DNA of 64,000 nucleotides from an uncultured Rivularia sp. Its GTDB lineage: Bacteria; Cyanobacteriota; Cyanobacteriia; Cyanobacteriales; Nostocaceae. A program made the position numbers and the translations under genes. Below are positions 1 to 10,691 of the stretch, one piece after another (the stretch's first letter is position 1; each line of letters opens with the position of its first letter). The stretch lies in assembly GCA_963665115.1 (NCBI GenBank), contig OY762007.1, forward strand, positions 4,224,001-4,288,000, written 5' to 3'. Under the pieces are notes generated by a model. That model did not search any database, was not told where the DNA came from, and saw only the letters and a list, made by a program, of their open reading frames with translations.

Positions 1-122
1 CCTGATTATTCTATGAACGTGATTTGTGGTAATACGATTCTTCCCTACGGTAGTATTTACAGTAATGTTGATTGATATATCAAAACTTGAAAAACTAGAT
101 ATTAAAACTACCGCTAAAACCA

Positions 123-854
123 ATGCCAACATTAATTCTAACTCCACGTTACAGCGAAGATTCTCAAATTCTGTGGCGGGTGGCTACTGGTTTGGGATGG
201 GAAGTAGAAAGATTGGTAAATTGGCGATTATCCGATAAACTCATGTCAGCTTCCGAACCAGTTTTGTATCTGGAAGCTTTGATGGCTGAAGCTATTGCTC
301 AACAACTTAAAATCCGTTTACTTAATCCATCAGATGACTGGTTAACTACTCTTCCTGAAGAATATCGAAAACGCCCTCATTATCTTACTACTCTGGGAAA
401 AATTCGGTTAACGCCAATTACTGCTTTTATCAAACCACCGAATGATAAAAGTTTCCCGGCTCGCGTTTATTCTGCTACAGATTTACCAACTGACTACCCA
501 GGTAATATGTCTGTATTAGTATCTGAGATTGTGGAATGGGATAAGGAATTTCGCTGTTTTATCTTAAATCGTTGCTTGAAAACTTTTTCTGTTTATCTTA
601 GAGAAGGAAAATTGCAGTCGGAGAACAATTTTATTCATACTAGGGAAGAAGAATTTGAAGTTCGGAATTTTATTCATACTATATTATCTGATAACAGAGT
701 AGAAATTCCCTCGGCGACAGTAATTGATGTAGGTATGATAAAAGGACGAGGTTGGGCTGTTGTTGAGCAAAATGCAGCTTGGGGAGCAGGTTTATACGGC
801 TGCAATCCGATTCAAGTTTTGGAGGTACTTCGGCATACTGTTATCGAATTATAG
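123..854 (+). CDS. ATP-grasp-like (DUF4343/R2K-type) protein
   Basis: FIKP..DKSF, EFRCFI, VIDVG and VVEQNAAWGAGLYG motifs. Confidence 0.7.
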   Translation: MPTLILTPRYSEDSQILWRVATGLGWEVERLVNWRLSDKLMSASEPVLYLEALMAEAIAQQLKIRLLNPSDDWLTTLPEEYRKRPHYLTTLGKIRLTPITAFIKPPNDKSFPARVYSATDLPTDYPGNMSVLVSEIVEWDKEFRCFILNRCLKTFSVYLREGKLQSENNFIHTREEEFEVRNFIHTILSDNRVEIPSATVIDVGMIKGRGWAVVEQNAAWGAGLYGCNPIQVLEVLRHTVIEL

Positions 855-1019
855 TAGGTAGCTATCAAAACATAAATAATCTCATTTCAGTATTTATATA
901 GAGAAAAACCCGGCTTTTTATTTCTATATAGAGAAAATAAATATACGTCACTCAGTAATTATTATTGAAATATAATTCTATAGACTTCTAACTCAAAGCC
1001 TCGTTGAGGAATATCCAAA

Positions 1020-1640
1020 ATGTCATCATTTATTGGTCATAGTTTGGCAGGATTGACTACCTATGCAGTAACTCAGCAGTTGCAAACCCATCGCCTTACT
1101 GAAAGTAGGCAATTTAATTGGATATGGCTATTTTGGCTGCTTGTAGTTGCTTCGATACCGGATATTGATTATCTAATTCGGGCACTAAGAATACAACAAG
1201 ATAATCAAACCATAAGAATTACTCACTCTTTTTTGGGGGCAATTCTGATGCCCGGTTGTACAATATTGGGGCTTTGGTTATTAGGTAAACGAGGAAAAAG
1301 TTTTAAATTTCAAAGTTTGCAGGTAATTTTAGTAGGTTTGTCTCATCTTTTGCTAGATATGCTAACTGGGGTTTCTGCGCTGCCATTGTTTTATCCATTC
1401 AGCTTGCAAGCCTTTAGGCTTCCTTTTGGAATACTACCTAGTGCTGGAAGAATTCGATTAACTAATTATTTTTTCTATCGAAACATATTTATAGAATTAG
1501 GTGTTTTGATTCCTTTATCTATAAGTTTACTGTTAAGTATTCGAGATTCAACAAAGTCGGGTAGTCGGCTATTGGTTATTGCAACTGGATTGGTGATTTC
1601 CGTTGGTTTTACAATTTGGGCGTTTTCTCTTAGTCGTTAA
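1020..1640 (+). CDS. Membrane metal-dependent hydrolase (YdjM-like)
   Basis: GHSL, PDID, THS and SHLLLD motifs with TM segments. Confidence 0.8.
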   Translation: MSSFIGHSLAGLTTYAVTQQLQTHRLTESRQFNWIWLFWLLVVASIPDIDYLIRALRIQQDNQTIRITHSFLGAILMPGCTILGLWLLGKRGKSFKFQSLQVILVGLSHLLLDMLTGVSALPLFYPFSLQAFRLPFGILPSAGRIRLTNYFFYRNIFIELGVLIPLSISLLLSIRDSTKSGSRLLVIATGLVISVGFTIWAFSLSR

Positions 1641-1706
1641 AAGTTAGAAAAAATATGAGTGTTCGGTGAATTAACTCATCAAACCTGCTTATAAGTTGTA
1701 ATTCTC

Positions 1707-2147
1707 TTAATTAAGACTAAAACCTTTTGGTTCCGATAACCGAGCCATTTCAGAAAAACGCGAATACTTCACCATACCGTTATTAGAAGAATCTGCCGAC
1801 ACTGCAAGTAATCCAATATTTATATCCTCAAAATAAATTACCCCACCAATACGTCCGTCAACTTGAAAAGGTCCGTGAAAGAATTTGTATTTTGCAATTT
1901 TAATTAATAAAGAGTTCGTAATCTTTATTTTATTACCAAACATTTCCTGACAGGTTTTGCGGACAACAGTATCTAGATATTTGTTTTTAGCAGGATTTCC
2001 CAAATCTGTGAATTCCGGATGATCTGCAAAATGATCCATATAAAAGTCCCAGATTTTAGAAAGGTCTTTTTCTGAAGTTAGTATTTGCTTTAATTCCTCT
2101 AATCGTTCGATTTTCATGGTGGATAGGATGCGGCGAGCAGATGGCAC
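1707..2147 (-). CDS. Hypothetical protein (probable start at 2117, MKIERL)
   Basis: Open ORF of normal composition; no motif recognised. Confidence 0.6.
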   Translation of the reverse strand: MPSARRILSTMKIERLEELKQILTSEKDLSKIWDFYMDHFADHPEFTDLGNPAKNKYLDTVVRKTCQEMFGNKIKITNSLLIKIAKYKFFHGPFQVDGRIGGVIYFEDINIGLLAVSADSSNNGMVKYSRFSEMARLSEPKGFSLN

Positions 2148-2257
2148 TATTAAAAATTTACCATAGTCATGTTATAGGGAAAATTTAGGTAACGATTTAT
2201 AAATTCAAATGACTGTTAATATCAAGTTCGTATTGAATCGCTTATGAATAAAAATAT

Positions 2258-2313
2258 GTTCGTAGTAGCGCTTTAGCGCATCTTATCGGATGCGCTAAAG
2301 CGCTACTACGAAC
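2258..2313. repeat. GTAG-type REP-like perfect hairpin (25-bp arms, 6-nt loop)
   Basis: gttcgtagtagcgctttagcgcatc-ttatcg-gatgcgctaaagcgctactacgaac. Confidence 0.85.
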
Positions 2314-2436
2314 CATTAATTATAAATCTTCTGATGATAAGGAATTACGGCGATCGCCTAATTTAAGGAAAACCCAGGGAATCATCATTGCTTTATGCTC
2401 AAACCCTTCATATACAAACAATTCAGCCAACTATCA

Positions 2437-2452
2437 CCATATAACTGCTATG
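2437..2452 (-). other. hupL element recombination (direct-repeat) site
   Basis: Minus strand CATAGCAGTTATATGG, about 510 nt from the hupL start; one mismatch to the Anabaena hupL-element repeat CACAGCAGTTATATGG as I recall it. Confidence 0.85.
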
Positions 2453-2947
2453 GGGCCATTGTCCGCCGAATAAAGCATATATCTCTACAGGTTTGCTAGA
2501 AATTGTGATTCCAATTTCATAAGACTTACCTGTAAACGGTGCAAAACGACGACAAGCTTCTTGATAGAAATGACTGTGCTGATACTTTTTATTAGTTAAG
2601 TCAATCGCAAACAGTCCATAGAAATAGCGAGGAATACTTTGTATTGTTTCGACAATCTGACCGATGTTTCTCGCCAAAATAGCATTGCGCGGAACTTCAG
2701 TTTTCCAAGCAGTATCTAAAGCCCAGGCTCCACTAGTTAAATGCGAAGCACCGCAGATACCGCAGACGCGAGGTGTCACAATTAATCCGGCTTGCGGATC
2801 TTTACCGCGCAAAATTACTTCAAAGCCGCGAAATAATTCTGCGTGCGTCCAAGCATTAACGACTTGTCCATCATCGATATCTACCCTTACATCCAAATCG
2901 CCCTCAACTCTACCGAGCGGCGAAATGTCTAATGTTTGAATTCCCAT
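2437..2947 (-). CDS. hupL: Uptake [NiFe]-hydrogenase large subunit, 5' segment (interrupted)
   Basis: LDISPLGRVEGDL, RVCGICG (L1 motif) and GGQWPHSSYM; the normal continuation VPGG is replaced by VIVG-stop. Confidence 0.95.
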
Positions 2948-2949
2948 AA

Positions 2950-3070
2950 TATTATTTTGTTAGCTGTTAGAGATAGGTAATAGGTAATGGGAATAAGGAT
3001 TAATAATTCCTAAGCGAATATTCTCTACTTTTTACTTCTCACTCCTAACTATTCCCAATTACCTATTATT
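2950..3070. repeat. hupS-hupL intergenic heptamer (STRR-like) repeats with hairpin potential
   Basis: tgttagctgttag; ataggtaataggtaatgggaata can pair with tattcccaattacctatta. Confidence 0.7.
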
Positions 3071-3075
3071 AAATT

Positions 3076-3204
3076 TTAGACTGTAAAAAAGTCTTCTTCT
3101 GCCCAAGCTGGCATTGAGTCTTTTGCTGCCATTGTCAAAATGGCATAGTCTTTTTTGTTGACTCCTGTAGGCAAATCTTTTGGAACTCCTAATACTGTCT
3201 GGGT
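3076..3204 (-). CDS. hupS: Uptake hydrogenase small subunit, 3' segment (last 42 aa; interrupted)
   Basis: Hand translation TQTVLGVPKDLPTGVNKKDYAILTMAAKDSMPAWAEEDFFTV-stop matches the cyanobacterial HupS C-terminus; an in-frame TAA at 3205-3207 stands where Lys is expected; lies directly upstream of hupL. Confidence 0.92.
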   Translation of the reverse strand, partial: TQTVLGVPKDLPTGVNKKDYAILTMAAKDSMPAWAEEDFFTV

Positions 3205-3209
3205 TTACT

Positions 3210-3223
3210 GTATGGTGTGGTAC
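3210..3223 (+). promoter_or_regulatory. NtcA-like box GTA-N8-TAC upstream of the recombinase
   Basis: gtatggtgtggtac, 38 nt before the ATG at 3262; no canonically spaced -10 seen. Confidence 0.45.
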
Positions 3224-3261
3224 TATTATTCTTATAGACAAAATAATGCTTTAACCGATAT

Positions 3262-4579
3262 ATGCGAATAGGATATGCCCGTGTATCAACTCGTCAGCAA
3301 GCAGATACGGAAGCGCTTGACCAACAAATTAGCCGACTTGAAAAAGCTGGGGCACAGAAAATCCTCTATGATATCGAATCAGGCAGGAAGGATACTAGAA
3401 AAAACTTTAATCAAACAATTGCTTTAGCTAAAAACGGAGTCGCAACAGAAGTGATTGTTACGCGGCTAGATAGACTTGGACGCAACGTAATTAGCATCCA
3501 TAAAACAATAGAAATACTTCAAAAAGCTGGTGTTAAACTTACCATTTTAGATTCTCCTTTAGGCGATACAAACTCCGCTTTCGGGTGGCTAACCATCAAT
3601 AATATTGCCGGGTTGGCAGAGTTTGAGAGTCGTTTGTTATCTGAGCGTGTCTCCCACGGAACTGATTACTATCGCTCAAATCTTAAGTATTTCGGGAAGC
3701 CACCATTTGGCTATACAAAGAATGAAGACGGTAGATGTATCCCTCACCCTACTAATTGGTCGATAGCTAAGGAAACAATCCGTAGACTTTATACTAATTC
3801 CTTTGCTTCTATTACTCGTTGGCTGGTCGAAACTTATGAAATCAAAATGTATCCTTCGAGCTTTCGTAATTGGTTGCACAACCCTGCAATACGAGGTCAC
3901 ACATTTTATAAATTGAAATCAGGTGAATTTGAACGGCATTACGGAACGCATGAGGCATTAATATCTGAACGAGAATATGAAGATATATCAAAAATAACTG
4001 CTCATGTAAATAAAAAAGACCCAAGCAAATTTAAGCCCCACATTCTTGCTGGAATATTCAAATGTGGCGTTTGCGGACATGCTATGACTAAAACGAAGGC
4101 AGGAAAACAGTTTCAATGTACGCAATACAAGCAGTTTGGCAAAGCTGGATGCAGCAACGGGAAGACAATCGCTAAATCTATAGTCAAAAAAGAAGTGATA
4201 AAAGTTCTCATTCAGTATGCTTCCGAAGTTGTACGGGAAGTTAACAACCGAACGCAAACGGATACGATAGTCGATGAAAGGTTAATTACACTACAACACC
4301 AACTGCAAACACTTCAGTCACTTCCTAGCAATCGGGCAATCGAAACGGCGATCGCTGACCCTAAAGCAACAAATAAAAAATTACGAGCAGCAAAGTAATA
4401 TTCGTGAAGCCAGGACAGAAGAAGATAATTTAATGTTACGCTCGTTTGGTCAAGCTGACTTCTGGGAATCTTTATCTGATACGGAGTTTAAAGTTATCTG
4501 TTTACGTTTTATCGAAAGAGTTGTATTCAATGGTGGAAGGGATATAGAAGTCTTTTTACTCGATAGTTCCCTTCCATAG
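3262..4579 (+). CDS. Large serine recombinase, XisF-like (frameshift near 4360)
   Basis: YARVST catalytic motif, TRLDRLGR, CGVCG..FQC zinc ribbon; removing one C at 4359-4361 extends the frame through a coiled coil and FWESLS..FIERVVF to TAG 4579. Confidence 0.9.
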
Positions 4580-5974
4580 TTAATTGCTTTCTCTCGGATG
4601 CTTTGCCATATATCTTTATCTAACATCTTGGTTTATCCTGAAACGTGATTTATTTTGGAGGGTTTGATAAATTAATTCTGCTATTGAGGAACACAGAGTT
4701 AAAATACACAACATTCTGGTTAACCAAAAAGTATTATGCCTCTTCGATTTCTCCGGATTAGGAATGTATTATGAAAAACTTCTCATATAGTCAAATTATT
4801 GGAGATAAAAACTCCTAGTACTCAACCAAGCTAAAATTATCAAGTAAGGGCAGGCAAGGGCGAGCAGGGAGAGAAGAAACTTTTTCTTTTCACGGTAAAA
4901 GTCAATAATACAGTGTCTGTTTTCAGAAAAAACTTTTGTAGATACCTGTCACCAACATATATCTAAAATGTTGTAATCCAGATAAGTAATTATTACCACG
5001 CTCGTTAATCGACTTGAAAACAATTTTCCCTCAAACTGCTGAAATTAAATTTTCGTGAAACAACGAAGAAATAATTTTTAATTAATACAATCAGACTCAA
5101 AACAGCAAATCTAAATAAATTTGGAGCGAAACCATACACCTTTAATTATTTATACACAATTGTTTTCATTTTGACAATTTTATTTTTTTAGTTTGTCAGA
5201 GGATTAACGCCTAATATCAAGTCGTATAATTTTATTTAATTTATTAGAATTTTTATACTTAGTCAAGGTAGCTTCCGTATCGATTAAAATTCTTACTGTT
5301 AGGAGCATTAGGCACCGTAAGCATTATCGATAATAAAAAGCATAAGTATAAAAAATAGCAGGCAATATTCAGATACTGAAGTTTTTACAATATTTTTTCA
5401 GTTGTAAGCCCAAATTATTCAAGTTATTGCGAGATAAACATTGTAAGAAAAATAAAAGATTATATTAGTCAAGAAAAAACCTAGAGATAGAAATATTTTG
5501 CTTAACAGAGCAAGTTCTATTTATTACAACTAAAAATAGTCGTGCTTATTTCTCTGCTCTAGTTATATAACTGGATTTTTTGACTAATTTTGACACATAT
5601 TGAAACAAAAACGCTTTGGGGTAGTTTAATCGCTAATTCTCTTGCAAAAAGAGCATTTACACGTCCTCAAACCATAGAAAGTTGGCAAAATTTATTAATG
5701 GCTAGATTGCACCAAACTAGAAAGTTTTAATCTATGTAGTTATATTGAGAACTTATTACCTAGTATTTGTATCAAATGTTTTAAAGACGTTAACACCTAT
5801 AAAATTTATACATCTATCCAATGAAATAGTCTTTAACTTTTAATGCTTTTTTATTCCTTTTGGATGATTTGTTTTGATTCCAATGCATTCAATATTTGAT
5901 TGGGAGTATCAAGCACGACCAATAAAATTACCCAAAAACTTTCTTTTTTGTTTTAACCTTCTGGGTGCATTAGT

Positions 5975-6237
5975 GAAAGGCAGTAGAAAGTAGGCACAGA
6001 AGCATCTCTTCGAGATGAGTGGCAGTTATAACTCTATAAATAGTAGTGCCTTTTAACCTCCGAACCGGCATTCCGTTCTGGGTCTAAGGCTATCACCGAG
6101 CTACGAAGACCGTAGCGTGTCTGTGCTTTACATAGTGCGGCTAAACTATTTTTACCACTGCCACGGATTCCCTGCCGACTGCTTTTTCCGGTAAATAACA
6201 AATATCATCACACAAGCTTACTGCTCAGATAGCAGTA
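5975..6237 (+). ncRNA. Candidate structured RNA/leader upstream of the antirepressor
   Basis: GC-richer island with nested helices paired by hand (see findings). Confidence 0.5.
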
Positions 6238-6280
6238 TTGCAGATTTATTATGGCGTTACGTTAGCAGAGGTATCCACAA

Positions 6281-7030
6281 GTGAATAATATTGTAAAGCA
6301 AGAAATACTGAGTCAACTAGAGTCAGAAGAACAGTTTCCTGTGGATTTTGATATCTATTGGCAATGGTTGGAATTTAGCAGTAAAGGCAATGCTAAACGA
6401 GCTTTTGAAAAAACTGGATTTATTATGGGGCAAGACTTTGACCATATTATCCGAAATGATAATATGGTTAAACGCTCTCAAGGAGGAGGTGTTCAGTTAG
6501 AAAAACTGATGCTGACAATCGACTGTGCTAAATCATTCGCTATGATGGCACGAACGGAAAAAGGTCGAGAGGTAAGAAAGTGGTATTTACAATTAGAAAA
6601 ACAATGGCGTTCTCAAAAGCAGACAATACCGCAATTTGGATTAGAAATAAATCGGCAATTATCCAAAATTTTAGAGATTCAGTGTCATTTAGAGCTTCAA
6701 CAACATTTACTATTAGCTAAAACCGAACATTTAACCGAGTCCTTGGAAGCCCACGACAAATGGTTGCAAGGGATAGATGCAGAATTAGAACGTATAGAAT
6801 CTTCATCCGGTCATTATTTTACAGTTGTTGGTTACGCTAATCTTCATAAAATAAAGCTTGGTAAAACTCAAGCAAATAGTTTAGGAAGAAAAGCATCTGC
6901 TTACTGTCGTAAAAATGGAATGCGTAAAGAGGAAGTTTTTGATTCTATGTATGGAACTGTTGGGAATTATCCGCAAGAAGCATTGGAATTTGTTTTTCAA
7001 TCTGAAGGTAAGATTTTCTTGAATCAATAG
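6281..7030 (+). CDS. Phage antirepressor-like protein (AntA/AntB type) with coiled coil
   Basis: FPVDFD..WQWLEFS.KGNAKR and LTIDCAKSFAMMARTEKGREVRKWYL. Confidence 0.7.
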   Translation: MNNIVKQEILSQLESEEQFPVDFDIYWQWLEFSSKGNAKRAFEKTGFIMGQDFDHIIRNDNMVKRSQGGGVQLEKLMLTIDCAKSFAMMARTEKGREVRKWYLQLEKQWRSQKQTIPQFGLEINRQLSKILEIQCHLELQQHLLLAKTEHLTESLEAHDKWLQGIDAELERIESSSGHYFTVVGYANLHKIKLGKTQANSLGRKASAYCRKNGMRKEEVFDSMYGTVGNYPQEALEFVFQSEGKIFLNQ

Positions 7031-7109
7031 TTAAAAGAGATAGCTTCCCCGAATAGTTCGGATATTAAGAGCGACATCAATAATCATTCATTCATGAAAA
7101 TCAAATTCC

Positions 7110-10100
7110 ATGTCGAGAAAATATAAAAAAGGAAGACATTCAAACAAGCAGCAGCCTTGTTCTGTTTGCGGTAACACGTCGGGTAGTTGTAAGATAAATG
7201 ATGATGGTAGCATTTATTGCTTCCACTCCACACCAAATTCCGTACCATCTGGTTACATCCATATTCGAGAATTATCGGATGGTATGGGACATTCTTTTAT
7301 CTCTTCTTACGTAGTTGATGAATTATTAATGGCAGCCAAAGAACTCCAAAATTGTGGAGAGAAAGCAACCTGCAAAGAAATGGCTGGCTTAACAGGGCGA
7401 CCTTCTTCGTGGGCTTACGCCGTTCAAAAAGCTTACTCATCGTACTTTCCTGAATGGAATAAATTTAACAATCATCCGAATGCTACGTTCGTTGAAGCTA
7501 GTAAGCAAGATAATCAATCTCCTCCAACAGATAAGGAAGATTTTCCACCACCGTCAGTTTTGAGCGAGGAAGAAAGAGATAAGCAATATTGTTCAATATT
7601 AAATCAGCTTCCATTAAATGAAACTCACCGCAATCATTTAACGGATGTGCGCGGATTAGAAAAATTTATTGACTTTATTGGTTTTCGTTCGTGGTCAGAA
7701 AAACCAGTAGAAAATGTTAGCGCCTATCTCGCTGGAGTAATCAAACGTGACGACTCATTGTATTTGTATAAGCAATCAGGAATATTTTTACCAATTTATA
7801 ACGAATTAGGACAAATCATAGCTTTTCAAATTCGTCCGGATGATACAAGTAATGGCAAATACAAGTGGGGTTCCTCTGCACCATCTGGTGGTAATGGACC
7901 TCGCTTGGACAATGGAGAAATGCCGCTTGCATTCTGTCGTCCAGAATCGATTGAGTTACCATCAATTGGTTTAGCTGAAGGAGTTTTGAAAGCTTGGTCG
8001 GTTGCCTGTAACCTGAAGCAAATAATTATAGGAGCATCTGGAGCAGCCTGGGATTGCAGTCCAAAATTATTCAAACGTTATTTAGAAAAAATTGCGAGTG
8101 AGCAAAATACTTCATTATCAAACTTAGTGATTGATTTGTATGTAGATGCGGGAATGCTCTCTAATCAACACATCATGCTCCGTTACCACGAAACAATCAA
8201 ATTATTGCAGGAATGGGAATGTAAAATACGTATTGCTTGGTGGGGACAATTTAGTAAAGATGACCTAGACATTGACGATTTGATTCTTCAGGGGAAGCGC
8301 CATAGTATTACTTATATTTCAATAGATGAATGGATGAAACTATGGTCAGATGACATCCGTAACTATTTGCTATATAAATCAGTACAGTTCAACACGTCAG
8401 ATTGGTCGGCACCAGTGCAACATCCATATAGGTCAGAGTTAGGTTATTGGAAGAAAATGAATGCAGAGTGGAAATGGATTCCCAAAGCAGGCTTTAGCTT
8501 CATTGTGGAACGTGAGTTAGTTGGAACAAACGACAATTATGGGGGATTAGTTTTACAAGTAAAACGTACTTATGACCCACCACAAGAGCAGCATAGAGTA
8601 GTAGTGAGTGCCGAAGCATTTAACAAGGTAACGGATTTTATTAATTGCTTATCGCGTGCAACGGGGAAAGTGTATTTTGTTAACAAATTGAAAGTAGATG
8701 AACTTCATAAGTATTTGCATAAAGAATTGTCCGCATACCGAGAACGTGGCGGAAAGCCCTATAAATTATCAGAACGTTTAGGACGGCAATCAGATGGGAC
8801 TTGGGTATTTCATGATTGTCAAATAAGTAAAGATGGAGATTTAATTACGGAAAAAGAATCAGGTTGGGTACTCAATGAAAGATTAATAGCCACAGAAAAA
8901 ATTCCGGTTCCTAAAATCAATACTCAAGCAGAACCAGATGTATTACCACGTTTGGTAAATTCCATGCGTAACTTCTTCGGAGCAGAAGGTTTTATGCCAG
9001 CTTTATTTACAGCGGCATTTTCTGTCGCTGGTTTGTTTTACGATGAAATCCAACAAGAGGAAGGATTTTTCCCAGTTTTGGGACTTTACGGAGATGCGGG
9101 AACAGGAAAAACACTTGCAGCAGTTACTGCACTTTCAGTGTTGGGTTTTGACCATAGAGCCAAGATTAATAAAGCATCTGAAAGCGCTTACCACGAGCGA
9201 TTTAAACTTATGGGTGGGTTAACTCAGTTTCTTGATGACCCAGATAAAACTCAAATTTCTTGGGTTTGTCAGCAAATCAAATCTCAATTTGGTGGGGGTT
9301 CTCGTTCGGTGCGAGAAAATAATCAAGACCCCCCATAGTCCGTTAATTGTCGCTTCTAATTATTCGATTGGTGATGATGACCCAATAATTCTGTCACGGT
9401 TGATTCGATTAGAATTTTGTGGAACCCCAAGCCCTGCGGCTTTCCCCGAATTGAGAGCAATGTCGCGTATATGTTCGTCTGCTCTACCCAATCTAATTAA
9501 ACTTGGTTACGACCAAAAAGGCATCAAAGACTTAGAATCACAGCTAATCGCCAAGTTACCAACGGCTCATGCAAGGTTAGCATCGAGTTTAGCGTTAATT
9601 GGTTACTATGCTTTAAAAGTAGCTCAATTAAGTGGTGTTGTTTCAACAGAAGAAGTTTGGGCTTATTTAAGCTTATTGTGTGGTGAAGCAAATGAAGATG
9701 AATCTAAGAAGGCTTCATTGGATGACTTTGTAGATAAGCTTTTGATATTGCGATCGCAAACTGAAGTCGGTGAGTGGAACTGTAGATTAATTACCGAACA
9801 TGGGAATCCTGAAAACGGAAATTATAAATCTTTGGCTGTTTATCTGCATGGGGTTTGGTCGTTGATGTCTCGCTACTTTAAAAATAACCTTCCCTATAGT
9901 CAAAAAATGATTCGACAGCAGATAGAAAAAACGGGAGGGAAGACTTATAGCAAGCAAAAATTCCACTGTGACAGGGATTCTTCGATTACTTACCAACGGT
10001 TAAAAATTAATGTTAGAGCTGATGTAGATGGTGAGATTTTACAGCCCTTGCCCCCAGAAATGGTGACTCGTAGTTGTGTGGAAATTCCTATAGAGTTAAT

Positions 10101-10197
10101 TTTAGAGCGATTATCTTGCTTTGAATCCGGCTTCGAGCAAAATATCGAAGATTGTCAGACACCAGTTACTGCTTCGAGTGGAGTGAATAGTGGCTAG
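7110..10197 (+). CDS. Primase-helicase replication protein (Zn-binding domain, TOPRIM, DUF927-like ATPase); frameshift near 9330
   Basis: CSVCG..C..C; AEGVLKA, DAG and DIDD TOPRIM motifs; Walker A GDAGTGKT; FLDD; ORFs 7110-9338 and 9232-10197 join at the C6 run. Confidence 0.8.
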
Positions 10198-10275
10198 TAA
10201 AAATGATTGATGGTAACTGCTTCATTGCATATGGAATAAGCATTCGAGGGCTTATGAGTTATCAGTTACTACTTC
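10163..10275 (+). repeat. Three ~13-bp repeats at ~50-bp spacing at the end of the primase gene (iteron-like)
   Basis: cagttactgcttc 10163, tggtaactgcttc 10211, cagttactacttc 10263. Confidence 0.5.
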
Positions 10276-10409
10276 TGCGGGAATAACCCTAATAATTCCC
10301 TAGTAATTAATCAAGCGAAGTCTCAAGTAATTATTCCTGATACTCATATAAGGGATATTGTTTGTTTTATCTTGAATCGCGGTTAAGTAAGTGGGTGGGT
10401 GGGAAAATT

Positions 10410-10691
10410 CATCACTGCGTAATTGGGAGTGAAACGAAGCATTCACCACAAAGGTGTGGCTCATCGCAATCGTTTTGAGCATTTAACTTTCCGTTACTCC
10501 CGTTAGGTTTGCTTGTGCCTACCTACGAAAGTGATGGTTAATTGTTTAAAGCGATAGGGGAGTTTACAATACAAATAAATATTCCGTCTTCTTAAAAGAC
10601 TAATAACTAAGGATGACCGTCACTGATGCCTTTAGGGAAGCTTAAGGACTATCACCGTGCGGGATTGAAGTCGGTCTACTTTATGGTCGTC
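10410..10691. ncRNA. Candidate structured RNA or ssDNA element downstream of the primase
   Basis: Two multi-helix domains paired by hand (see findings). Confidence 0.45.

Larger units (their letters stand above)
1..2436. mobile_element. Right-hand part of a hupL-interrupting (heterocyst excision-type) element; its recombinase and far end lie left of the window
   Basis: The hupL reading frame diverges immediately after the 16-bp site at 2437-2452 and unrelated ORFs follow; no 3' hupL in the window. Confidence 0.85.

Noticed and set aside
2258..2313. Long perfect hairpin as a novel element end or att site
   Set aside because: It fits the common cyanobacterial GTAG REP-like class; no adjacent transposase.
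2423..2947. hupL as a simple truncated pseudogene
   Set aside because: The break coincides with the known excision-element site, so interruption is the better explanation.
3059..3241. 60-aa minus-strand ORF from the track
   Set aside because: Wrong frame; the true coding frame here is the hupS C-terminus (3076-3204).
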